Program-made: the position numbers and the translations under genes
The notes under the pieces: generated by a model
What the model was told of the DNA's origin: nothing
What the model saw: only the letters and a program-made list of their open reading frames with translations
Database searches by the model: none
Assembly: GCA_028826165.1 (NCBI GenBank)
Contig: JAPDFW010000073.1
Coordinates: 186,001 to 250,000, forward strand
DNA from: Anaeramoeba ignava BMAN
Lineage: Eukaryota; Protista; Anaeramoebae
Reading direction: 5' to 3'
Length of the DNA: 64,000 nucleotides
Shown here: in pieces, positions 38,336-50,323 of the stretch
How positions within the stretch are numbered: the first letter of the stretch is position 1
Layout: each line of letters opens with the position of its first letter

Positions 38336-38674
38336 TAATTTATGAAAATATTTAATTTCCAAAAATATTTACTTTATAAAATATTTACTTTCCAAAAATA
38401 TTTAATTTATAAAAATATTTAATTTATAAAAATATTTACTTTCCAAAAATATATAATTTATGAAAATATTTACTTTATAAAAATATTTAATTTATAAAAA
38501 TATTTACTTTCCAAAAATATTTAATTTATAAAATATTTAATTTATAAAATATTTACTTTATAAAATATTTAATTTATAAAATATTTAATTTATAAAATAT
38601 TTAATTTAATTTAATTTAATTTAATTTAATTTAATTTAATTTAATTTAATTTAATTTAATTTAATTTAATTTAA
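38336..38674. repeat. AAAATATTTA(A/C)TTT.. short repeat followed by (TTAAT)n
   Basis: Direct reading. Confidence 0.85.
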
Positions 38675-38770
38675 CTTGCAAAAAACATTTTCCAAATTGT
38701 TCAAAAAGAAAAAAAAATATTTTTCTTTCAAAATTCAAAATCATTTTTTTTTTCAACAAAAGCAAAAGAA

Positions 38771-39511
38771 ATGGAAGCAAAAATTGAGATTGACGCACCT
38801 TTAGACACAGGAGATGTTAAAGAGAAATATCCAGATGCGAAAATTCTAGATGGAGAAAAAGACAAAGAACTAATAGAAGAATGCACAACAACAGTAAAAA
38901 AAGCGATGGTAGAATTACTTGAAGAATTAAAAGAAGAATCACTAAAAAACTACAAAAAAGTCGAAGAAAAAAACGGAATAACAAAATATGTGCGGATGAA
39001 CGAGGGAATCAAAGTAGTGCGGGGACACGGGAAGATCCGAGCGAAGCCTGAAGAAGTAATAACGACCTTAGCAGACATTAAACTGAAGAAAACTTGGGAC
39101 AAATCGGATGAATACGACGACGGAACCGTCCTTGCAAAAGTGACTGACTGGTGTTCCATTTCCCACGCGAAATACAAGGGAACTTTTTTCACCTCTGCTA
39201 GGGATTTTGTTATTGTTGGTGGCTATACAAAACTCCCTGATGGATCTTATATTCTTGCTTGCAGAAGTCTCGAATATAAAGATTTTCCTCCTGTCAAAAA
39301 ATCCGTTCGTGCTAAGCTTCTTAATGCTGATTGGCATCTTAAGGCTCGTGATGATGACCCTAATTCTTGTGATGCTATCTATATTTCTCAGTCAGATCTT
39401 ATGGGTAATATCCCTAAAACTTTCGCTAATAAGGTCGCTCTTGGTCAAGCTGATTTGATTCGTTTTTTGGATGATTATCTTAGCAAAGAAAAGGAAAAAA
39501 CTAAGAAATGA
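38771..39511 (+). CDS. START-domain lipid-binding protein, 246 aa, intronless
   Basis: KTWD, TSARDFV..G, YILACRSLE..DFPP.K..VRA, SDLMGNIP...AN. Confidence 0.9.
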   Translation: MEAKIEIDAPLDTGDVKEKYPDAKILDGEKDKELIEECTTTVKKAMVELLEELKEESLKNYKKVEEKNGITKYVRMNEGIKVVRGHGKIRAKPEEVITTLADIKLKKTWDKSDEYDDGTVLAKVTDWCSISHAKYKGTFFTSARDFVIVGGYTKLPDGSYILACRSLEYKDFPPVKKSVRAKLLNADWHLKARDDDPNSCDAIYISQSDLMGNIPKTFANKVALGQADLIRFLDDYLSKEKEKTKK

Positions 39512-39584
39512 TTTTTTTCTCTCTTTCTTTCTTTCTTTCTTTCTTTTTTTTTAATAACCGAAAAATTTACTTTTTTTTTTTGGA

Positions 39585-40705
39585 ATCAATTCAAAAATCA
39601 AAATCAAAATCAATCCATTTTTTATTTTTAAAAAATCAAATCAAAATCAAAATCAAATCAAAAATCAAATTAAAATCAATTTAAAAATCAAAATCAAAAA
39701 TCAATTCAAAAATCAATTTAAAAATCAAAAATCAAATCAAAAATCAATTTAAAAATCAATTTAAAAATCAATTCAAAATCAATTTAAAAATCAATTTAAA
39801 AATCAATTTAAAATCAATTTAAAAATCAATTTAAAAATCAATTTAAAAATCAATTCAAAAATCAATTTAAAAATCAATTTAAAAATCAATTTAAAAATCA
39901 ATTTAAAAATCAATTTAAAAATCAATTTAAAAATCAATTTAAAAATCAATTTAAAAATCAATTTAAAAATCAAAATCAAAATCAATTTAAAAATCAATTC
40001 AAAAATCAATTTAAAATTCAATTCAAAAATCAATTCAAAAATCAATTTAAAAATCAAAAATCAAATCAAAATCAATTTAAAAATCAAATCAAAAATCAAT
40101 TCAAAAATCAATTAAAAAATCAAAATCAATTCAAAAATCAAAATCAATTTAAAAATCAATTTAAAAATCAATTTAAAAATCAATTTAAAAATCAATTTAA
40201 AATCAATTTAAAAATCAATTTAAAAATCAATTTAAAAATCAATTTAAAAATCAATTTAAAAATCAAAATCAAAATCAAAATCAATTTAAAAATCAATTCC
40301 AAAATTAATTCAAAAATCAATTTAAAAAATCAATTTAAAAATCAATTTAAAATCAAAATCAAAATCAAAATCAATTCAAAAATCAAAATCAAATTAAAAA
40401 TCAAATTAAAAATCAATTTAAAAATCAATTCAAAAATTAATTTAAAAATCAATTTAAAAATCAAATTAAAAATCAATTAAAAAATCAATTTAAAAATCAA
40501 TTTAAAAATCAATTCAAAAATCAAAATCAAAAATCAAAATCAAAATCAAAATCAAAATCAATTTAAAAATCAATTCCAAAATCAATTCAAAAATCAATTC
40601 AAAAATCAAAATCAAAATCAAAATCAATTTAAAAATCAATTTCAAAATCAATTTAAAAATCAATTTAAAAATCAAATCAAAATTCAATTTAAAAATCAAT
40701 TCAAA
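39585..40705. repeat. 12-bp array (AAAAATCAATTT)n between convergent genes
   Basis: Direct reading. Confidence 0.93.
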
Positions 40706-40769
40706 TTTTCCTTTTATTAATTGGAAATAAAATTCAAATTCATTTTGAAAATTATCGTTGAAATAAATT

Positions 40770-43700
40770 TTAATTTGAATCCAAAAAACTTTTTGCTGAT
40801 TCAAGTAACTTGGAAAGTTCATAAGATTTGCTATTCTTTGATATCCAATTCTTCGCTTTTTTAGCAATTAATTTCCATTCATCCATTTTCTCTTTAAAAT
40901 AAATCTCAAAAATTTGAATAACAAGAGCAGTAACCCAAACTTTCAAAGTAACTGAAGAATCAGGAATAGAATTTTTGGCTTTAGAAGAATCAATTTTTAT
41001 AATAGAGAAAAGATTATCATTCGGTTCAAAAGATCCATCAGCAAGTTGAGTACTAATAATAGAATAAAGAGTTTTTGTTTCGAATTTTGGAGAAGAAATT
41101 CCTTCTTTTTTGATCTCGCCTTTTTCTGTACAACTGATTCTGTAACTGTAGGATGTGGAATATTTGCTTCTTGTAAAGAAAGTGCGATTGCTTTGTTAAT
41201 ATCCATTTCCATTTGAGGAGATTCAAATTCTGCATATCCTGTATCAAAACCTCCAAAAGTATTAAATTGTGGAGATTCATCAAAAAAGTTTTCATCTAGT
41301 CGTTCATTTTGTTCAAATTTCATGTCTTGTTCTTGTTCTTGTAAAAATTTTCTAGAATCATTATCTTCATCACTATCATCATCTCCAAATATATCTTCAT
41401 CTTCATCTTTATCTTCATATTTATCTTTATATTTATATTTACCATTAACTTTATCATTATCTTTGTCACTATCATCATCTCCAAATATATCTTCATCTTC
41501 ATCATTTAATGCATTTCCTTCAAATGGATTACCATCATCATCATCATCATCCATTGCAACTGATCTGCGTGCTGATAAAGATGATAATAATTGTGACATA
41601 TCTGCATTGCCTGATGTTGTTGATTGAGGATAAGCATAAGATGGTTGAACATAATTAGAAGTATATGAAAATGCATTAAAAGATTGAGGATTTGAAAATG
41701 CTTGGTATTGACCATATCCTTGATATTGATTATATCCTGAATAACTTTGTTGTGTTGGATATGAAAATCCTTGATACTGCTGAGATTCTTGAACCTTCAC
41801 TTTCCTCACTACCATTTCCCCAAGATCCTTTTCTAGATCATCTGGTCGTTCAAGATCTTTAACAACAGCAATAAAACTTGTTTTTGAGGACATAACCCCG
41901 AAATTTGTGGAAAGTTCAACAATTTTATCATCAAGTTTTTTCTGATTAAATTCACTCTTTATTTTCCCATCATTTGTATGGAACTGACTTGTTTTTTCCT
42001 CAATTTCACTGATCATTTTCCTTGCGGCTAACGCATGAATTGCGGATCCTTCAAAAGCATTTGATTTTGGATCCAAATCAAGTTTCCATTGAATTTTTTG
42101 ACCTGAAGAAATACCGTTAAGAACAGCTTGAACAGGATCATTTTTTTTGAACAAAGCATAAACAAGGAGTCTTGATTCAGCAAAAATAGAGGGTAATCTA
42201 AATGGAGAAACAACATCCGGTTTTGGACCGTTAACGAATTCAATAGAAACATTTGTGATAGCAGGTTGAAGTGCGCGGTTAAGTTGTCTCATAACAGAAG
42301 GACGAATATCCTCGTTGTTAACAATGAATTCGGCTTGGCCACCACCTGCTTCTGCGATTCCCTTGACGAGCGCGCGTGAGGCGGATGATCCAATTCCAAA
42401 TGTAAATACTCTTGTTGTTGATGATTGAAATCTCACTAGGTTTTTTAGTTCATCAACATTATACACTTCCCCGTCAGTTAGTAAGAAAACCTGTCGCGCA
42501 TATCCTTCCATAGGTTGATTTGAAAAGATGTATTGCAGCGGTCTTAATAACTCTGTGCCGCCGAGATTGGCCCTCATGTTTTTTGCATGTGATAATGCTT
42601 TTTCAAGTGATTCTTGTGAATATTTCACACTTGTTGGAAATAATGTCTCGTAATTTGATCCAAATCCTATGATGTTGAATGCGCAAGTATCGGGAATTGC
42701 GTGGAGAAAAATATCCAGTGTTTCTGATACAGAACGTATTGGTGTTCCACTCATACTCCCACTTCTGTCAATGAGGAACAGCAGCTCTGTTTGCACATCT
42801 TTATCCGCAATATCGGGATAAAATGACATCAATGCTGCGTATTCTCGCTCCTTATTCTCAGTGTCTTTGTACTGGATAATCGCCCGCGGTTCATGCGGTT
42901 CAGTTACTTGAATCAATATCTCAAAATCTTTTGAGAGTGATTCATCTGGTTCAGTTAGAAGTGTTATTGTCCCGAATTTTTTGTTGATTTCACTTTTGAT
43001 TTCATGTGATTGTGATTTGATTTCTGTGATTTCACTGGCCATTGATATGTTCATGTTTAGAGTGAAACCATATCCTACTTTGGGTGTGTATTCTGTCTCA
43101 AGGAGTGGTGCAATATCTTTGATTTCTTGGTGTTTTGGAACAAATAGTGGTGTTATTGTTGTTGGTATGAAAAATCTTAGTTCTTTGTCTTCGGTTGCTG
43201 TTAGTTCAGTTACATACCGGATTGTCACAATGCATTGTTTTTCTGGTGCAATATTTCCAACATTCATATTAAAAACTCCATCAACTTCTTTTTCCATTTT
43301 GATTCTAATTTCAATTTTAATTTTAATTTTTAATTTTTTAATTTTGATTTTATAAATGAATTTTGATTTTAATTTTAATTTTATAAATGAATTTTAATTT
43401 TAATTTTAATTTTATAAATGAATTTTAATTTTAATTTTAATTTTAATTTTAATTTTGATTTTGATTTTAATTTTAATTTGGATTTTAATTTTAGATTTTA
43501 ATTTGGATTTTAATTTTAATTTGGATTTGGATTTGGATTTTGATTTTGATTTTAATTTTAATTTTAATTTTGATTTTTTTTGATTTTAATTTTAATTTTA
43601 ATTTTAATTTTAGATTTTAATTTTGATTTGGATTTTAATTTGGATTTTAATTTTAATTTTAATTTTAATTTTAATTTTAATTTTAATTTTGATTTTGATT

Positions 43701-44113
43701 TTAATTTTAATTTTAATTTTAATTTTAATTTTAATTTTAATTTGGATTTGGATTTTATAAATGAATTTTAATTTTATAAATGAATTTTAATTTTAATTCT
43801 AATTTTAATTTTGAAATAAATACGCAGTATGTCCTTGAGCAATAGCATCTTCATATTTATCTCTTGCTTTTTGTTTTTCTTTTACTTTTCCAACAATATG
43901 TTTTCCTTCCATAAAAACTTCAAGTCCACAAATAGAAGAATCAGGATCTAAAGGAAAAACAAAAATTGCTTCAATAGGTTGTTTTTCTTGATTTTCATAT
44001 CTTTGATTAATTGTAACTTCTGCTGTAAAATCAACTATATTTGCTGTAATTGAAATTCCTTTTAATGGAACAAGATCATTTGTTTTTTTATTAACAAGTC
44101 CAGCTTTAACCAT
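40770..44113 (-). CDS. VIT-vWA protein (VWA5A-like); exons 44113-43824, 43304-40770, with a 1-nt frame break at ~41106-41111; ~941 aa if corrected
   Basis: VIT VPLK..EAIFVFPL..KEKQKARDKYEDAI; MIDAS DRSGSMSG, LGGTEL, LLTDGEV, FTFGIG; conserved tail STQLADGSF..VWVTAL..EWKLIAKKAKNWI in the shifted frame. Confidence 0.9.
43308..43812. repeat. AAAATT/AAAATC/AAATCC hexamer array in the VIT-vWA intron (43305-43823)
   Basis: Direct reading. Confidence 0.9.
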
Positions 44114-44414
44114 TTTATTTTTTGAAATTTAATTGAAAGAAAAAAGAAAAATGAAAAATAATTTCAATTCTTTTTTTTCCTTTTTTTTTTGCTTTTCAGT
44201 TCTCAATTTTAAAAAGAAAAAAAGAAAAGGAGAAAAAAATTAAAAGGAGAAAAAAAATTAAAAATAATTAAAAAAATAAATAAAAAAATTTTTTTTTCAT
44301 TTTCATTTTTTTCTTTTTCTTTTCTTAATATATTCCCTTTTTTTTTTTAAAGTAAATCGAAAATTTTATTTTTACAAATTAATTTTATAAATCTGTTTTA
44401 AATCTGTTTCAAAT

Positions 44415-46230
44415 ATTTTAAATCAATTTTATATCAATTTTTAATCAATTTTAAATCAATTTTAAATCAATTTTAAATCAATTTTTAATCAATTTTAAAT
44501 CAATTTTAAATCAATTTTATATCAATTTTATATCAATTTTATATCAATTTTAAATCAATTTTAAATCAATTTTAAATCAATTTTAAATCAATTTTAAATC
44601 AATTTTAAATCAATTTTAAATCAATTTTAAATCAATTTTAAATCAATTTTAAATTAATTTTAAATCAATTTTATATCTATTTTATATTAATTTTAAATCA
44701 ATTTTATATTAATTTTAAATCAATTTTATATTAATTTTATATCAATTTTAAATCAATTTTAAATTTATATTAATTTTAAATCAATTTTATATTAATTTTA
44801 AATCAATTTTATATCAATTTTAAATCAATTTTATATCAATTTTAAATCAATTTTAAATCAATTTTAAATCAATTTTAAATCAATTTTAAATCAATTTTAT
44901 ATTAATTTTAAATCAATTTCATATCAATTTTAAATCAATTTTAAATCAATTTTAAATCAATTTTATATCATTTTTATATCAATTTTAAATCAATTTTAAA
45001 TCAATTTTAAATCAATTTTAAATCAATTTTAAATCAATTATAAATCAATTTTAAATCAATTTTATATCAATTTTAAATCAATTTTAAATCAATTTTAAAT
45101 CAATTTTATATCAATTTTATATCAATTTTAAATCAATTTTAAATCAATTTTAAATCAATTTTAAATCAATTTTAAATCAATTTTAAATCAATTTTATATC
45201 ATTTTTATATCAATTATAAATCAATTTTTAATCAATTTTAAATCAATTTTATATCAATTTTAAATCAATTTTATATCAATTTTAAATCAATTATAAATCA
45301 ATTTTTAATCAATTTTATATCAATTTTAAATCAATTTTTAATCAATTTTAAATCAATTTTATATCAATTTTAAATCAATTTTATATTAATTTTAAATCAA
45401 TTTTTAATCAATTTTAAATCAATTTTATATCTATTTTAAATCAATTTTAAATCAATTTTAAATCAATTTCAAATCATTTTTATATCAATTTTAAATCAAT
45501 TTTAAATCAATTTTAAATTAATTTATATCAATTTTAAATCAATTTTAAATCAATTTTATATCAATTTTAAATCAATTTTAAATCAATTTTAAATCAATTT
45601 TAAATCAATTTTAAATCAATTTTATATCAATTTTATATCAATTTTATATCAATTTTATATCAATTTTATATTAATTTTAAATCAATTTTAAATCAATTTT
45701 ATATTAATTTTAAATCAATTTTAAATCAATTTTAAATCAATTTTATATCAATTTTATATCAATTTTAAATCAATTTTAAATCAATTTTAAATCAATTTTA
45801 TATCAATTTTAAATCAATTTTAAATCAATTTTATATCAATTTTAAATCAATTTTATATCAATTTTATATCAATTTTAAATCAATTTTAAATCAATTTTAA
45901 ATCAATTTTAAATCAATTTTATATTAATTTTAAATCAATTTTATATCAATTTTAAATCAATTTTAAATCAATTTTAAATCAATTTTAAATCAATTTTATA
46001 ATTTTAATTTTAAATCAATTTTATATCAATTTTAAATCAATTTTAAATCAATTTTAAATTAATTTTATATCAATTTTAAATTAATTTATATCAATTTTAA
46101 ATTAATTTTATATCAATTTTAAATTAATTTATATCAATTTTAAATCAATTTTATATCAATTTTAAATTTAAATTTAATTTTAAATCAATTTTAAATAAAT
46201 TTTATATTGATTTTATATCAATTTTAATTG
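44415..46230. repeat. 12-bp array (TTTTAAATCAAT)n upstream of the BTB gene
   Basis: Direct reading. Confidence 0.95.
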
Positions 46231-46251
46231 CTTCATTTTTTATAAAGAAAA

Positions 46252-49013
46252 ATGAAAAATAACTCAAACAAAAAAAAAACTAGCTCAGAAGGATCAACTA
46301 CAACTGAATACCCAACAAATTCAGAAACAACTTCAACTTCCACTTCATCAACTTCTGACTCTGAAATTAATATCGAACAAAATCAACATTTTTTCCCCGA
46401 ATTCAACACAAAATTAAATCTTCCCAAAAAAAAAAATCGCAAAAAACCAAAAAAAAGATACACAAAAAAACAAATCAACTTATACAATTTATCAAAAAAC
46501 ACAATCAAAGAATTATTAATTACAGATGTTGCAAATGATATTGAATCCATTTATGAAAACCAAAAAGAAAGCGCAGATTTAAAGATTTTTTGTGGAAATT
46601 TTGAAAATCCAATTCATTGTCATCGCCTCATTTTAATTTCTCGTTGCGCATTTTTTCATGCTCAATACAGAGAATCAAAATCTGAATGCAACATATATTT
46701 ACCTGATTTTGATGTTTCTGTTGTGGAACCAATTATCCGATTCATTTACTCTGGAAAAATTACAATTAATTTTCAAGAATTCGGGAAATTTTATAAATTA
46801 GCTAAATTTTTTTCACTTAAAAAACTCCAAATTCTCATTGAAAAAGAAATCGAACCCATAATCACTTACAGAAACGCAATATCGTTATATATGGAAAGTC
46901 GGGAAATTGAATCTTTTTATCTCATCAGAAAATGTGAAATCTTTATCATAAATAACATGTCAATTCTCATCAAAAAAAAGAAAACCGATAAATTATCCGA
47001 AAACCAGTTGCTTTCCTTAATAGAACTCATTGTATCCAAAAAAGACATCAATAACAAAACCTATCTCATTCCAGTCATACTTGACAACTGGATTGAAAAG
47101 AACACTTTATTAGTCGAAAAGCTTAATGAAAATACTAGCATCAATTATCGTGATCCGATAGAGTCTCAAAAACAGCATATCAAGGAATTCATTTTGCAAA
47201 TGCTTATCCAATCAAGAGATTTGCAAGAAATTCCTGATTCCAAAATTGCCCAAATTGAAAAAATCCAAAGAATTTCTTCTTTTCCGTTAAATTTTGTTTT
47301 CCAGATAATAAATCTTCAAATGAAATCTCTTAAAGAAAAAATCAGTCAGGAACATGAGCTTCAAAATCAAAAATTTCATATTATCGAAGAAAAGGAAAAG
47401 TATTTTGCAAAAAAAGAAGATGAATTCCGTGAAAAAGAAAGAGTTTTCCAAAGAAAAAAAGATAATTTAGAAGAATTAGCCAAAGAAATTGAAGCCAAAA
47501 TATCACCTAATCAATTGAAAGATGGATCAATTCAACAAACAGAGTCTCAAGTTTATGAAATTTTGCAAATTTTCAAAAAAAGTATTGAGAAGGAAATGAT
47601 TGGTAATTAATCAAAATCAAAATCAAAATCAAAATTATAATTAAAATTAAAATTAAAATATTTTTATTTATATTTTTAAATTCAGATCAAGTATCAATTG
47701 ATAGTGTTCTTAATTTCATGAAGAAATTCCCTTTAGCGAGCGATATTCAAGAAATTTCTTGTTTCATTTTAGAGAAAATTGCTGAAGAAGATGCTGGTAA
47801 GAATATTTAAATTCAAAATGATTCAAAATTTAAAAAATTTTTGGATTTTTCATATTTTAATTTAGATGATTTGATCAAAATTGTTGATTCAGATGGAATG
47901 GATTTGGTAATTGATTCTATGAATAACTTTCCAAATGATCCAAAAATACAAGAAGTAGCAATTGATGCAATCATCACTTTTCTAAGAAAACCTAAAAGAA
48001 AAAGTGAACATTTTATTTATCATATTTAATATTCATTTAAAATTAATTCAATATTTATTCTTTCAAAATGAATTAAATTAGAATATCAAAAGAAAATTAA
48101 AGAAATAAAAGGAATTGAAGCAATTATTAAAGCAATGAATAATTTCCCAACAAATAAAAAAATACAATGGAAAGGTTGTTGGGGATGTAGAAATATTGCA
48201 GTTGGAAATTTTGGTATCAATCAAATATTAAATATTATTTTTATTTATTATTTTTATTTATTATTTATTATAGATAATGTAGAAGAAATTAAAATTGTAA
48301 ACGGAATTCAATCAATCACAAAAGCAATGTCAAATTTCCCCAAAAGTAAAAAAGTTCAATGGAAAGCTTGTTGGGCTTTATGGGATATTGCCAATACAAA
48401 TGATGGTAGAAATATTTTCAATTTCAAATTCATTTCCAAATTCAAATTCAATTTAAAATTAAAATTAAAATTATAATAATAATTTATTAGAAAATCGAAT
48501 TGAGATTAAAAATGCAAATGGAATTGATTTGATTCTTAAAGCAATGGCTAATTTTTCTGATATTTCAATTGTTCAAAAACAAGCATGTGGATCTTTAATG
48601 AATATTGCTAAAAATGATGGTAAAATTCAAATTAAAAATTCTTTTTGGATTGTTTATTAATTTATCTAAAAAAAAAAGATAATAAAAAGCGAATTAGAGA
48701 ATTAAAAGGAATTGAATTGATTATTCAAGCAATGCAAAAATTTTCTGAAAGTCAAGCAATTCAATTTAGAGGTTTTTGGACTTTGTTAAATCTTTCTAAA
48801 AGAAATTTAGGTAAAAAATTTTCAAAAACAAAAAAAGAAATTAAAAAATCAAGAAATTAAATTTTTTTTCTTTTTCTTTTTAATAAAGAAAATCAACAAG
48901 AAATAAAAAAGTATGGAATATTAGAGTTAGCAAATCAAGCAAAAAAGAATTTTCCAAAAGATGAACAAATTAAAGCAAAAATTACAAAATTTTTAGGATT
49001 ATTACAAATTTAA
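46252..49013 (+). CDS. BTB/POZ, coiled-coil and ARM-repeat protein; 8 exons (46252-47602, 47686-47796, 47866-48003, 48082-48213, 48274-48405, 48491-48619, 48679-48810, 48889-49013); ~749 aa
   Basis: BTB ADLKIFC..HCHRLILISRCAFF..IIRFIYSG; repeats GIE.I.KAM.NFP....Q..GCW...NIA; total 2250 nt in frame. Confidence 0.9.
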
Positions 49014-49059
49014 ATGAAATTTTTTTTTAATAAAAAAAAAGAGAAAAATCTAAACAATA

Positions 49060-50200
49060 AATTAATCATAAACTAATTATATTTTTATTTAGAATAAAAT
49101 AGATATTATATATTTAATTTCTAAATTAATTAATTAATTATTTATATTTAATCTATTATTAATTTGAATTGAAAATATTTAATTAAAAAATTAAAAATTT
49201 AAATAATAAATTAATAATAATTTATTTATATTTTTATTTAAAATAAGAGAAAAAGCAAATATTTTAATAAATTTGCTTTTTAAATAATTTAATTAATTGT
49301 TAAGATTTGATCTATTATTAATTTGGAATTGAAAATATTTAATTAAAAAATATAAAAATTTAAATAATAATTTAACAATAATTTATTTATATTTTTATTT
49401 AAAATAAAATAGATATTAAATATCTTATTTTTAAATAAATTAATTATTTATTTAGATTTGATCTATTATTAATTTGAAATTGAAAATATTTAATTAAAAA
49501 TATAAAAATTTAAATAATAAATTTAACAATAATTTATTTATATTTTTATTTAGAATAAAATAAATATTAAATATCTTATTTTTAAATAAATTAATTAATT
49601 GTTTATATTTGATCTATTATTAATTTGAAATTGAAAATATTTAATTAAAAAAATATATAAAATTTAAATAATAATTTAATAATAATTTATTTATATTTTT
49701 ATTTAGAATAAAATAAATATTAAATATTTTATTAAATTTGCTTTTTAAATAATTTAATTATTTGTTTATATTTGATCTATTATTAATTTGGAATTGAAAA
49801 TATTTAATTAAAAAAATATATAAATTTAAATAATAAATTAATAATAATTTATTTATATTTTTATTTAAAATAAGAAAAAAGCAAATATTTTAATAAACTT
49901 GCTTTTTTAAATAATTTAATTATTTGTTTATATTTGATCTATTATTAATTTGGAATGTTAAATATTTAATTAAAAAAATATATAAATTTAAATAATAATT
50001 TAATAATAATTTAATTATATTTTTATTTAAAATAAAATAAATATTAAATATCTTATTTTTAAATAAATTAATTAATTGTTTAGATTTGATCTATTATTAA
50101 TTTAGAATTGAAAATATTTAATTAAAAAATATATAAATTTAAATAATAATTTAATAATAATTTATTTATATTTTTATTTAAAATAAAATAAATATTAAAT
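49060..50200. repeat. ~150-163 bp tandem repeat, ~7 copies
   Basis: Anchor GATCTATTATTAATTT at ~49150, 49309, 49460, 49611, 49774, 49936, 50088. Confidence 0.88.
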
Positions 50201-50323
50201 TCCTTTTTTAATTGAAAAGAAAACAAAGGGAAAAAAAATTTATTTTTTCAAATTCATTTTTTTTTTCTTTTAAAAAAATAAAAATAAAAAGAAAAAAAAG
50301 CAAAAAAATTTAATATAAAAATA

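Noticed and set aside
39803-40867. LIFK-repeat ORFs
   Set aside because: Translation of the 12-bp array; the real vWA tail is in another frame and stops at 40770
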